Assembly (NCBI GenBank): GCA_964016885.1
Contig: OZ024759.1
Coordinates: 16,802,001 to 16,866,000, forward strand
Reading direction: 5' to 3'
DNA: 64,000 bases
Source: Eledone cirrhosa
Taxonomy: Eukaryota
Position numbers and translations under genes: made by a program. Under the pieces are notes generated by a model. That model did no database searches, had not been told where the DNA came from, and saw only the letters and a list, made by a program, of their open reading frames with translations. The first letter of the stretch is position 1; the number at the start of each line of letters is the position of its first letter. This document shows, one piece after another, positions 24,708-38,685 of this stretch.

Positions 24708-26166
24708 TATATATATATATCCAGAGGTTGACTGAGAAGATGGGACTGTCTGTCTTATCGTTGGTTTTTTCCATTGTCTTTGTCCTGTGCGCTCCCTATT
24801 TTGGATATATATATATACACGCACAAGTGTGTGTGTATAAGTGTATATGATATGTATGCAAGTCTCTGTGTGCATGCAAATGTAATTGTGTGTGTGAACA
24901 AGTGTAAGTGATGTGTGCGTGTACATGTGTATGTGATGGTTATGTGTGTACAAGTGTGTATATGACGTCAACAATCCACTACAACATCACAGATGTTGTC
25001 AAGAGGTAACACACTTCAACATGGGATACTTCTCAGTCCTGTCTTGTTGTTATTATTTCCTTTCACCTTTGCCTTTCATCCTTCCGGGGTCGATAGAATA
25101 TAGTACCCGTAATGTACTGGGTAATTGCTGGCCTTGTGTCTAAAGTAGAAACAATTATTTCCTTTCACCTAATCCCAACGTCAAGAGGAATATCCTGCTA
25201 ACTTGGGCAACCTACACCTTCCTACCTTCTCTGTCTCTCCTTCTCCCTTGCTTAATCTCTTTCTTTCTCTCTCTCTCTCTTCCTCTCTTTCTCCCTCTCT
25301 CTCTTCCTCTCTTTCTCCCTATCTCTCTTCATTTCTTTCTCCCTCTCTCTCTCTTCCCCTCTTTCTCCCTTTCTCTTTCTCGCTATTACTTCCTCTATTT
25401 CTTTCTCACTATGACTCTGTCTCTCCATCACCCCCCCCCCTCTATTACCTCCTCTATTTCTTTCTCACTATGACTCTGTCTCTCCATCACCCCCCCTCTC
25501 TATTACTTCCTATATTTCTTTCTCACTATGACTGTCTCTCTCTCTCTATCACTCCCTCTCTCTCTCACAGAACACACTGTAAAGTGGTCGCTGCTAGGAA
25601 GGGCATCTACTTGTGGGAACCATACCTAAATGGAATGAGCAGGAGTTGGTTATCCATTAACCCTTTAGCATTTAAACTGGCAAGAATTCTCTCACCTCTT
25701 TCTCTTCAAACCAGCTGTAACCAGCCACTCATACTGGTGTTAAGGTATTGTTCTCAAAATAAATAATTGTTTCTACTTTTGGTACAAGGCAAGCAATTAC
25801 CCCAGTGAAGTACCAGTAATGCACTGGGGTAATTGCTGTCCTTGTGCCAAAAGTAGAAACAGTTATTTATTTTGAGAACAAATCTCAGATTCGATGTTAT
25901 GTGAGATAATTAGTTAAATGGTTAAAGTGAGATAATTACATAAAGGGATAAAGTCAGAAAATTTACTAAGAACTCACCTCATTTCTTCAGTTCGAGTCTG
26001 ACAACTTGTGCTGCAATGGAGAAAATAAAAAAATTAGCAAATTAGAAAGTGATCAGAAAGTAAATTCTAAAAAAACATACAATTTCTATTTTGTCATTTA
26101 GGTTAAGGCCACTTTCCTTGCTAAAGTGAGTGTTAACTTTACAGGGTACTATGGCAGGCTTTATGC

Positions 26167-26484
26167 CAGGGGTGTGCAAAATATTCCATTGGCGGGCCAC
26201 TTTTGAACAGTGGAATAACTATTAGGGCCAGTCACTGTCAAAAATATGTAATCTAATGAAATCCATAACTTCTTTCCATAACATGGAACTAGGAAATTAT
26301 AACACACATAACCCTATCAGTGAAGCCCTTTAGTATAGGTCAACTAACAGAAAATTGTATTACGGTTACAAAATAAATTCTAAATAAGTCTACAAGGTAA
26401 AAATTAAAAACGGTCATCGTGAGCCATTCTGACTGGTCTGGCGGGTCGGGTTGTGTCCCGCGGGCCGCCTGTTGCACGCCCCTG
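26167..26484. mobile_element. hAT (Charlie-like) MITE
   Basis: TIRs CAGGGGTGTGCAA / TTGCACGCCCCTG. Degenerate 8-bp TSD CTTTATGC / CTCTATAC. Confidence 0.8.
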
Positions 26485-26904
26485 CTCTATACTCATCATA
26501 GAGTTTTTTTTTAGCCCTTTAACATTTAAACCGTCCATACCCGGCCAGAATTCTCTCACCTCTTTCTGTTCAAACTGGCTGTAACCAGCCACTCATACTG
26601 ATGTTAAGGTATTGTTCCCAAAATAAATACTATCAAAATGTCATCGATTCAATATTATGTGAGGTAAAGCCTTTACCATGAAAATACAATAGTATATATA
26701 GAGTAATGTAAAAGCTAAAGGGTTAAGCACAAGGCCAACTATTTGGAGGAGGAGGAGGGCAAAGTTAATTATATCAACTCCAGTACATTACAGGTACCTT
26801 ATTTTATTGGGCCTGGATTTGGACTGAGAAAGTGAAGAGCAGGAACAAAATACTGCTAAGCATTTGTCCGACGCTCTAACAACTCTGGTAATCCACTGCC
26901 CTTC

Positions 26905-27215
26905 TTCTTCTACGTTCCCTACCTGGCAATTTGGGGAGGCTGTCCTCTCAACCAATGTGCTTCTGTAGTTGCCATTAGATGATGGTCTCCGATGATGATG
27001 TTCTTCCACGCTTTTCTATCGATTGCGTTGACCTTTGCATGGTCGAGGTCGAGGCCGAGGCGCTGCGATTTCAGTTCCTCCTCGATCTGTTTCGCCCATG
27101 TCTTCTTTGGTGTGCTGCACTGGGGTCTCCAGTGCATGGGTCGCTGTCTTGACAAAAGTTGGTGTGGTTGTCATCCGATGCTCATACTGCAGACATGGCC
27201 AAATCAGTGATATGG
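26905..27215 (-). mobile_element. RTE-clade LINE 3' fragment
   Basis: FGHVCSM...HWRPQCSTPKKTWAKQIEEELKS...AIDRKAWKNII is a typical RTE ORF C-terminus. Confidence 0.7.
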
Positions 27216-28003
27216 CTGTTGCTGGCATTAGAATATATAACATCATTGTACTGTATTGTTCTCCTGTGTTGTTTTGTCTTTGTCCTGTCTGTCCCTTATT
27301 TTGAATTTATATTCTAAAGATATAGTCATGTGGGCTTTTTGAAACTATACACATACATATCAAGTGCGCTGTTGAATAATGATCTAACTAGTTTAACCCT
27401 TTAGCATTTAAACCAGCCATATCCAGCCAGAATTCTCTCACCTTATTCTATTCAAACCAGGCATCTGGCTGCTCATAACTACATTAAGGTATTGTCCTCA
27501 AAATAAATAACTTCATAATCTCATAGATTCAAAATTATGTGAGATAATTATGTAAGATATGTGAAAATACAATTCTAAATATAGAATAATGTAAATGCTA
27601 AACGGTTAAAGCTGGTTCAATCCTACCATATATATATATATACAACATCATCATCATCATCATTTTACGTCCGCTTTTCCCTGCTTGCAAGGGTGGGACG
27701 GGAACTGATTCTGGCTTGATTTCTACAACTGGATGCCCTTCCTAACACCAACCTCATTTACAGTGAGTGCTGGGTGCTTTTTTTTCCCGTGGCGCCTCCA
27801 CGTCCACTTTACAGTGTACGCTGGGTGCTTTTTTGCTGTGGCACCTCCACAACCACTTTGCATTTCTACAGCTGAGTAAACTGGAGCAATGTGAAATAAA
27901 GTGTCTTGCTCAAGGACACAACACATCACCCGGTCTGAGAATCGAACTCACAACCTTTTGATTGCAAGGCCAATGCTCTAACCACTAAGCCATGTGCTTC
28001 CAT

Positions 28004-28069
<66 letters not shown>

Positions 28070-28361
28070 TACTTAGTATAGAGGAGAAAACACGAGAGAG
28101 AGTGTGTGTTTATCATCATCTAACTTCTATTTCCCATGCTTGCATGGGTTAGATGAGCTGTCATATTATGATGCTAGGTGAATCAAGTGACCATATCTTG
28201 CTCACCTGATCCGTTTTGGGCTCGGTTTTCTAAGGCTAGATACACCTCCTAAGGTCAACTATGTTTCAGCATGTACTGGAAGCTTTTTTCATGTAACTAG
28301 CACAGCCACTTTACAAGGTGGGTTGGATGCTTTTTTGTTGTGACATCAGAATTTTGTATAT

Positions 28362-29250
28362 ACAGTTGTCTCCTGGTATTCGTGGAGGTTACATGTCGAG
28401 AGCACCCGTGAAGAGTGAAAAACCACAAATATTGGATGTGGTCCATAAAAATGCCTATAAATGTCAAAATATGACGTAAAATATGACGTAAAATATATGA
28501 CGTAAAATATGACGTAAAATATATGACGTAAAATATGACGTAAAATATGACGTAAAATATATGACGTAAAATATGACGTAAAATATATGACGTAAAATAT
28601 GACGTAATATATGACGTAAAATATGACGTAATATATGACATAAAATATGACGTAAAATACGACGTAATATATGACGTAAAATACGACGTAATACATGACG
28701 TAAAATATGACGTAAAATATGACGTAAAATATGACGTAATATACGGCGTAAAATATATGACGTAAAATATATGACGCAAAATATGACGTAATATATGACG
28801 TAAAATATGACGTAAAATATGACGTAATATACGACGTAAAATATATGACGCAAAATATGACGTAATATATGACGTAAAAAATATGACGTAATATATGACG
28901 TAAAATATATGACGCAAAATATGACGTAATATATGACGTAAAAAATATGACGTAATATATGACGTAAAATATATGACGCAAAATATGATGTAAAATATGA
29001 CGTAAAAAAGAGGGAGCGTCTCATGCGAAGGAGTGTTCAATAGGCCGGCAAATACAGTATATTTTTATTAATAATTTAGCGTTAAAACATATATTGCACA
29101 AAAAAAAGCTATTAAAAAAATCATGGAAGATCTTTACGATTCTGAGAATTTGAGGTGGTTTACACAAACAATTATTAGTTAGGTTCTAAGGAAAATTCCA
29201 CGAATAACTGGGACCGCAAATGTCAGGATCGCGAATGCTGGGGGTACACA
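28362..29250. mobile_element. Tigger/pogo-like MITE containing a 12-14-bp TGACGTAA minisatellite (28466-29006)
   Basis: Left end TA-CAGTTGTCTCCTGGTATTCGTGGAGGTT, degenerate right end CGCGAATGCTGGGGGTAC. A Tc2-like terminus GGCCGGCAAATACAG-TA lies at ~29043-29059. Confidence 0.55.
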
Positions 29251-29923
29251 TAAAGGTGTTTATCATTTTTTCAATTTACAGAGAAATTCATATTTTCCTA
29301 GCATGTTTACATGCCTACATATTAGATATGTGTATATTTATAGACACATTGGTGAAGTTATAGTTACCCACTATGTCTTTATACAGATATAACTTTATAA
29401 CACTTCGGCTGCTAGCACACTTCTTAATATGTACATATATATTTGCATTAGGAAGGGCATCCAGCCGTAGAAAACCAGCCAGAAACACCCCTATTTGAGC
29501 GAGATACAGCCACCCGACTCAAATTGCCTTAAAATAAGACCCGTCTAACCCATGCTAGTGTGGAAGATGGACGTTAATTGATGACGATGATGATGATGAT
29601 ATCATCATTTCTGTTTAATGTCAATTTTTCCACCCTTGCATGTGTTAGACGGGTCGTCTATGTCGGGAGGCAAGTCTGGCCAGGGTTGGCCGTGTGTCAC
29701 ACGTTGCTCCAGCGAGGACTGTAAATTTGGCTGGGTATTTTACAGCTGGATGCTCTTCCTAACACCAACCAGGTTTACAGTGTAGAACTAGATGGCTCCG
29801 TTATGAGGAGGGACAGACCAGTTGGCTGCGTTGAATCCATCTCACAACGGGACCATGTTTTTGGAGCCCAACCCAACCCATCACACAGTGGAACCATATA
29901 TACATACATATATATATACATAC

Positions 29924-29992
<69 letters not shown>

Positions 29993-30533
29993 GAAAGCGG
30001 CTTCCTTGTTCAATCATCTTACCAGAAGCCTAACATTATTTATGTAAGCGGTGAATTGGCAGTATCGGTAGAGGGTCAGACATGCTTTCCAGCGTAGTGA
30101 CGTCCCTTTACGATCTGAGTTCAAATCCCGCCGGGGTTAACTTTGCCTTTCATCCTTACGGGGTCGATAAAATAAAGTACCAGTAATGCACTGGGAAAAT
30201 TGCTGGCCTTGTGCCAAAAGTAGAAACAATTATTTATGTAAGCGGACAGTACATGATTTAGGGGTCGCAGAAACCCAAATGCTGGATTTTACCAACCTTC
30301 CAGGGGTCCGGGTAAATTTTTCAATCGCATATATTTTTATTTGTTTGACCCGAATTACTTGATCGTTTTTTTTTTGCTGTGCAGATGATTGTTTAACCAT
30401 CGTCTCAGTGTGTTTGGCCTTTAACGTTTGTTATAGCTCTGGTTCATCTGAACCATTGAGCACTTGCCACACATCTCTGAGGTTGTTTTTCGTTATTTCG
30501 TGGGCCGAAATGCGATTCTCGATAATTTATTTG

Positions 30534-30573
<40 letters not shown>

Positions 30574-30929
30574 CAATGATATTAATAAATGGAAAATATC
30601 TTTATAAAACCATATTTATTTCATTATACGTATTTCAAGGGTACTAATATTTAAGTCCGCTTTTGTCAGATAAAATATAATAATTGGTGTTAAGATAGAG
30701 GTATATCTTCATGTGAACTTGGCCGTGTAGGTAACACGGTAAAAACCTCCCAGTCCACACTGTAAACGTGGTTGGTGTTAGGAAGGGCATCCAGCCGTAG
30801 AAAACCCGCCAGACAGTCCTATGCAAGCAAGACAACCACTCTTGCCTCAAGTGGGAAAACTCCCGTCCAAATCCATGCAAGCGTGGAAGATGGACGTTAA
30901 ACGATGATGATGATGATGGTGATGATATT

Positions 30930-30986
<57 letters not shown>

Positions 30987-31134
30987 ACCCTTCTACCTTT
31001 GTTTTGTTTTCATCTTTGTCTCTCTCAATTTTCACTTTATCCTATTTCTCCTATCTATCATTCACTTCCTACCTCGAGATTTCCCTCTGCATTGTTGTGG
31101 CTTTCTAAACTACATATTTATATATATTTATATT

Positions 31135-31166
<32 letters not shown>

Positions 31167-31783
31167 TATATTTATATATATATTTATATATATTTATATA
31201 TATATCATCATTCATCATCATTTCATTTTACGTCCACTTTTCCCTGCTTACAAGGGTGGGACGGGAACTGATTCTGGCTTGATTTCTACAGCTGGATGCC
31301 CTTCCTAACACCAACCTCATTTACAGTGAGTGCTGGGTGCTTTTTTGCCGTGGCACCTCCACGACCACTTTGCAGTGGAATGATATGGACCCCAGTCCCT
31401 ATCATCTTATTTCTACAGCTGAGTAAACTGGAGCAATGTGAAATAAAATGTCTTTATTTATATATATATATTTCACATTGCTCCAGTTTACTCAGCTGTA
31501 GAAATGAGATGATAGGGACTGGGTTCCCTATCATTCCACTGCAAAGTGGTCGTGGAGGTGCCACGGCAAAAAAGCACCCAACACTCACTGTATATGAGGT
31601 TGGTGTTAGGAATGGCATCCAGCTGTAGAAATCAAGCCAGAATCAGTTCCCGTCCCACCCTTGCAAGCAAGGAAAAGGGGACGTAAAATGATGATGATGA
31701 TATATATATATGGTGGCTACAAACTCTGCTAAGAGTATTGCAATCACTTGTCAGATTACAGAAGATGGTGCACTTTGCATCTT

Positions 31784-31815
<32 letters not shown>

Positions 31816-31912
31816 GCTATGCATTTAATATCTGTTTGTCTGTTTTTCTATCTACCTTATCTAACTATCTTTCTAATTTTCCTACCTACCTACCTACCTA
31901 TCTATCTATTAC

Positions 31913-32672
31913 AACTTCCAAAAGTCCCTGGCCTGGCCGTGCTACCAAGGAGCTCTACCAGTTCGAGACAAGCTCTACAGACATGGGCGCCCGGACAGGG
32001 ACCCTGCAAAAAAGATCTGTCCGAGGTGCGTGCGAGACGAAGAAACCGTCGCGCACGCATTCATACACTGCCCGGGCGTCACTGACCTGTGGGGCTATGT
32101 AGAACGACTATTGTCGCGGGTGGGACCAATCCGGTTGACCACCGAGTCCATTGTCATGATCAAACCGCCACCCTCCTTCAAAAACGAAGGAGAAGCGGTT
32201 TTCCTTTGTGTGATAGCTATGGCGAAAGAGGTTGTATGGTGGACAAGGTTGAAAGGGCTGAGGTCAGACACCTTTCTCTCCGACCAACAACTGATTCTTT
32301 TTTTCAAATACCACTTTGGAAGAAGAATCAGGATGGAGAGAGAGGTGCTGTACCCCAGCAAGTTTTATGAAAGGTGGGTGAAAGTGGCGAGAATGGCCCG
32401 AGTGAATGGGCCTTCTCTCTATATCAGCCTGTAGGTTGAGGAAAAGGAGGAGGAGAGGAAAGGAGTACAAACTCTTCGTACTCCTGGAGATGAGGGTTGC
32501 ACATTTTTTCGGGGGTATGTGTTACCCATATGAACTGTCTCCCCCTATTGGGGAAAATCGACTAATTTTTTAAAATTCCATTTGTGATAACATTTTACAC
32601 GTTTTTATTGTATGTAAACTTCCCCCTTTGTATTTGTCCCCTTCTTTTGTGCCCCTGTGGCTAATAAAAAAA
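31913..32672 (+). mobile_element. L1/Tx1-like LINE 3' fragment (zf-RVT domain, 3' UTR, poly-A)
   Basis: Open frame 31913-32434: SLAWPCYQGALPVRDKLYRHG...CPRCVRDEETVAHAFIHC. AATAAA/A-tail at 32663-32672. Flanked by (TACC)/(TATC) repeats. Confidence 0.82.
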
Positions 32673-34503
32673 CATATCTATCAATCTATGTATATGTTTG
32701 CCTGTCCATCTACAGTTATCTATTTATGAAAATGTCTGTTCATATAAGAGATGTCAACAAGTAAAAACAACAAAATAAAACAAAACATTGAGGATATAGA
32801 GTAAAACAAAACATTGAGGATATAGAGTAGTTTACTATATTCATGACAGAAATAAACTGCTTGAGATGTGATAGCAACATGACCCATTGTAGTGGAGAAT
32901 AATTTGACTAAATTGATGAAGAAACACGGCAAGTGGTGATATGCTGTGCTGAAAAGGACCCGTCCAACCCATGCAAGTGTGGAAAAGTGGATGTAAAAAT
33001 GATGATGATGATGTACTGATAGACTCAAATATGTTGTAGAATTTACTGAAAGTGTTATATATTGTTGGCGCTGATTGCAAAATCAATTGAAAGAACAGCC
33101 CAATAGAGAGATGAGTGATTTCCATATATATTTATCTACTTATCATCATCGTTTAATGTTCATTTTCCATGCTTGCATGGGTTAGATGGCTTGTCACGTT
33201 ATGAGACAAGTCAGGTCCAGAGACCATGTCTTGTTCATATGGATCTGTGTTTTGTCTTGCTTTCTACGGTTGGATACCCTTCCTAACACCAACCATGTTA
33301 CAGAGTGGACTGGGTTCTTTTTATCATGGCACTGAAACAACCACCTTACATGGTGGACTGGGTGCTTTTTTATCATAGCTCTAAAACAACACCTTACAGT
33401 GTGGATCGGGTGCTTTTTGTCATGTCATCAGCACAACTACTTTACAGTGTGAACTGGGTGCTTTTTGTCATGCTTATCAGCACAACCACTTTGCATTGTG
33501 GACTGGGTGCTTTTGTTGTGGTGCCGGATCAGTATCTAGGATAGACTTTGTGCATATTTACCAATAATGCCATTGTCAAGACAAATGGCAGACTAAAAAA
33601 GATTTATGTGTTTGCTTTGGTTGTCCGTTCCCTTCTAACTTTCAGAACCTCCTGACAGCTCCGCGCAGATGCAGAGGCGTGCTGAATTGACCCCTTAACT
33701 ACTACCCAGAATACTACTAGCCTTAGTTATTCTCTCCAGCTACCAGAAAAAAAAAAAAAGAATTATAAAGAAAATATTTTTTTCTGTTTATCCTTTCTCC
33801 TTTGAACCTTTTCTTATATTTTTTTCTTACATTCTCATTATACATGTATTATTTGTCTCTACTGGATTGACTGGGATACCAACTATATGATTATCTAATT
33901 TTTACATTTGATACTTTAAATTTTGCCTCTCATTTAGTTAAGTGATGAAATCTTGATATTGATCGTCATTGAAATATATATAATGGCTCTATTAATAAAG
34001 GACTTTTTAAAATCTATAACTTCACATTTCCATCATTCTAAATATACTCCGTCATCCTTATTTTGAAGAAGTATTATTACATTGAGTGCTTGAATTGAAT
34101 TGCATCCTTATCTATCTATCTAATAAAGAAATATATCTATCTCTCTCTCTCTATATATATATATATAAATAACAACATATATATATAAATAACATATATA
34201 TATATATAAATAACATTAAGAAAGATGGTGATGTTACATAAGTTGTTTATTCATTATAATTATTTCAATGGTTCCCTTATGGAATCCACAATGTAATGTG
34301 TGCATTTGTTGTTGGTATAGGAATGGTATCTTCATATGAAAATCTGATAATGTGAATTCCACAGGCAAAAATCACGTCCTTTCTCTTGTGTGCTCGGCAG
34401 ACATCTGAGTTTTTTTAAGCGTTAACCTAATATATTCCTCCCATTTGCTGTACCGATTGTGTTGTTATTTCTGTTTGCCTTTTACATACATACATACATA
34501 CAT

Positions 34504-37500
34504 AAGTCTACCTCGAATGCTGGGGAAAACACTATCGATAATAATAATAATCAAAGAAATAATAATAATAATCGAATAAATGTGATACCACATATACCAT
34601 CCGAGTCTACCTCGACTGTTGTGGAAAATACTATCGATAATGATAATCAAAGGTATAAACAATTGAAAATTTCCCGCAACGGAATCTTCCAGAGAGAAAT
34701 TAACTCATGTATAAATATCTCTCTTGCTGAACATGTTAAAATGACAATGGTGAATAAAAAACCATATAATGAAATACTATGTGTTATTGACAAAATAGGG
34801 GATGAATATTTACGACGGATAAAAACCCCAACATTTTGGCAAATCAACGCCTTAGCAATTACAGTGAAGCATTATCTTGGTGATAGCAGAGATATTAACA
34901 AGAACAAAACACCACCAAAAATACCATCATATATAACTAAAATAGAAAAAAAAGAGTGCTGACCTACGAAAAAACATAGGACATGTGACAATGCTCCTTA
35001 CATGCAAACAAACAAACACAAAAAAACCTCACTCCTCACCAACAAAGAGTGAAAAATAAAATAGAGATGATGTTTGGTAACAGTAGAACCAGAACTCTCC
35101 AATATAAGCTGATCACCCTCAAACAAGAATTGAGAGCTGTTAGCAAAAAACGCCGATACCTGAAGAAGGTAGATGAGAGAAAAATGCTTAATAAAAGATT
35201 CAGACGAAACCAAACATCAGTCTATAGAGATATGAAGGGCAAAATAATAAGTGTCACTGAGGCCCCATCCCAGAAAGACATAGATTTCTTTTGGAGAAAA
35301 ATATGGGGTGAAAAGAAGAATTTCAACCAAGATGCAGTGTGGCTAAGAAAAATCCGAAAGAACTATTGCTCCTACACTACAACAAAAACATACAAAATAA
35401 GTGAGGGTACCCTTGAGACTGTGATAGGAAAACTCCAAGATAAGAAAACACCAGGAAGAGACATGATTGTCGGCTACTGGTACAAAAAACTAATATTCTA
35501 TCGGAGGTATCTTACTGACCTCTACCAACAAGTTCTTAAGGGAGATACACTTATACCAGAATGGTTGACATTAGCACAAACGTTACTGGTCCCCAAGAAC
35601 AAAGACACCCACTTAGCAAAAAACTACCGACCCATTGCATGCCAGAACCTGATGTATAAGATGTATACAGCCTGCCTGAACCTATTCCTCCAAGATCACT
35701 GTGAAAATAATAACATCATCACAGATGAACAAGCAGCTGGAAAGAAAAGGGTTTGGGGATGTGCTGAACAACTCCTAATCAACAAAACTGCGATGTCGGA
35801 GGAATATGACTACAGTCTAGCTGGACTACAGGAAAGCTTTCGATTCTGTTCCCCACTCTTGGATGATAGAGGCCCTCCAACTTGCTAAAGTCCCAGACAT
35901 TATTGTCAGAGCCATAGAGAGGCTGTCTTCTTCTTGGGCTACTATCCTAAGGTTAAAGACAGAGAGGGAGGACTCTATTTTCACTGATAAAATAAAATAT
36001 TGCAGGGGTATATTTCAGGGGGACAGTCTCTCTGTGATATTGTTCATCTTGTCATTAAACCCCTTGTCCTTTCTGCTCAAGAAATGTGAGGGATACATCA
36101 TTGGCTCACAGGAGGACAAAAATACGAACCTAACCCATAACTTCTTTGTGGACGATCTGAAACTCTATGCCAAGAACAGGGATAGGATGAAGAAAAATCT
36201 TGACCTGGTTACAAAGTTCTCAAAGGATATATGAATGGAGTTTGGCCAAGATAAATGCTCATACATGACTGTAAAGCGGGGAAAAACAACAACCCAATCT
36301 AGCAACATTGTCATCAATGGTCTCACTGTTTCACTGATATCTGATGAGGACTGCTACAGATACCTGGGGATAGATGAGAACATATCCTATAATGGTATCT
36401 GTAATAAAGAACGCGTAACCAGGGAATACTACACCCGATTAAGAAAGATTTGGTCATCGGAACTCTCTGCGCAAAACAAAACAGTGGCTCACAATGTGTT
36501 TGCTGTGCCTGTCCTAATACCTACGTTTGGAATACTCAATTGGATGATAGACGAAATCCGAGCAGTTGATGTTGGAACTCGAAAAATACTGAACAACACC
36601 GGAAACTTCCACATCAACAGTGACATAGACCGCCTTTACTTGAAACGTAAGCAGGGAGGCAGAGGCCTAACATCAGTCCAGACAACATTTGAATGTCGCA
36701 TCATATCTCTCCGACAACATCTACGAACCTTCTCGAGCAAGTCTATCTGCATGAAACAGATAAGATCATGAGAGTTGGGAAGGAACTCCTTGAGAGATAT
36801 TCCCTGTGTGATAATCAAAAACTCACACCCAGGGATGTCGCTCAGCAGTATTGCAGTGAATCCATGGATGAAAAACTGCATGCCTATCAGCAAAAAATCA
36901 TGCATGGATATGTTGCCAGGAAGCTCCAGAGTGAGAGTAATATAGATAAGGAAAGTAGTCTATCTTGGACCAACAACCGCTATATTGGCTCCCACTTTGA
37001 AGGATACGCTTTTGCAATTCAAGAACAGGAGATTAGCACGAAATACCTGATTCACAAAAGAAATAGGGATGCAGGCAAAACACCTAGATGTGATAACAAG
37101 TGCAGACTCTGCAGAACTAACATCGAGGATATCACCCATGTCATCAGCAGCTGTCCAAAGATGTCATCGCGGTACTATTTACCTATGAGGCATGATGTAG
37201 TGGCCAAAACACTGTACAATGCAGTTCGTAAAAAAGATAGCCCCGATAATAAACACATTAAAAGCTACAACAATGTGGAAGACATCCATGTACATAATAT
37301 GAAAGAGTACTGGTGGAATGTTCCAGTAAAAACCCCAATAAAATGCAGGCATAACAGACCAGATATTATGATATGGGACAGGGAGAAGAAAACATGCACA
37401 GTAGTGGAAATTAGCTGCTCAGCAGATGCCAATATAATATCAAAGATTAGTGAAAAGGAGAATATTTATGCAGAACTGATGAGAAATCTGCAGATACTCC

Positions 37501-37913
37501 ACCCTGATTACACCTTCAGATTTATGCCTGTGATTGTTGGGGCACTGGGATATGTTAGTAACTGCCTCAATACAAATCTTGAGAAGCTAGGCTTCACAGG
37601 AACAGAAAGAACACAACTAGTTAGGAAACAAGTACAATCCATTAATGGAACAGTAAAAATATGTAAAACATTCCAAAAATTTTGCATCTAATAACTGATA
37701 TACACATGTACAGATACAAAGCATATACACATGCACACATACAACTCAAAACATCCACATCCACACATACAATAAAATCCATATCTACACATGCATGCAT
37801 ACATACATATCTACCTAGTTGATGATGTGTAAATTCCAATGAGAGAGTCTTGTGTCTATGTTAGAAACCGACTCTCTCTCTATTGGTAAAACTTTGTGAA
37901 ATTATAAAACCAG

Positions 37914-37915
<2 letters not shown>
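34504..37915 (+). mobile_element. R4/Dong-like non-LTR retrotransposon (RT + CCHC + restriction-like endonuclease), disrupted
   Basis: KTPGRD, NYRPIAC, GIFQGDSLS, FFVDDLK, GGRGL, CRLC..EDITHVISSC, RHD, RPDIMIWD..VVEISC..KENIY. Split into five ORF pieces by stops and frameshifts. The 3' UTR runs into (CA)n. Confidence 0.9.
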
Positions 37916-37989
<74 letters not shown>

Positions 37990-37991
<2 letters not shown>

Positions 37992-38345
37992 AAACGTGTT
38001 CTGTTGTGGAGCTGCCCACTTGATGTAAACGTTGTCAGAAAAATACAGGAGAAGGAGGACATCTACGGACCATTGATGAGGAGTTTACAAATCCAGTATC
38101 CAAGATACACCTTTAGCTTCATACCCATCATTATTGGAGCTACGGGTTATATACCAACCCGCTTGGACCAAAGTATGACCGGACAAAGAACGTAGCTCCC
38201 TAATTCATAGTCTACAAATGGCTGCGATAGCTGGCACCTTCAAAATTTGCAAAACATTCTTGCGATTCAAGGGATGACAATTTCTTTTCTTTTACAACCT
38301 TGCCACCAGGAAGGTGGCCGGTCAAAAAAATATACTCAAAATTAA
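37990..38345 (+). mobile_element. Second, diverged R4/Dong-like 3' fragment (RLE tail)
   Basis: SCPLDVNVVRKIQEKEDIYGPLMRSLQIQYPRYTFSFIPIIIGATGY parallels SCSADANIISKISEKENIYAELMRNLQILHPDYTFRFMPVIVGALGY of the upstream copy. Confidence 0.8.
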
Positions 38346-38685
38346 GAGAAAGAGATAACATACATACATACGTATGTATGTATATACACACATGCACATT
38401 CACACACGCATTTCTTTGTCTCTTCTGGTGGGTCCCTTCATGAAGGCGTGTTAACATTTCTGTACATCTTTTTGTTTTTGGTAATGTCATCTGGGTCAAA
38501 ATTCCACCAACTGCATATATGATATTTGCACTGACCTCTGACCTTTTACACTTGCAGTGCAGCAAGATTGTGCAGTATCTAGTTGACCAGTTGCTGCTGC
38601 TGCTGTTGTTGGTGTTGGACAGAGCTGACGTTTTTTTTTTTTTTTTTTATGTTTAACCAATAATTTACTAACCATTTCATTACGC

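Noticed and set aside
28297-29040. Three overlapping 186-247-aa ORFs (LRHI/FYVI/TSYF repeats)
   Set aside because: Stop-free strand of a 12-14-bp minisatellite.
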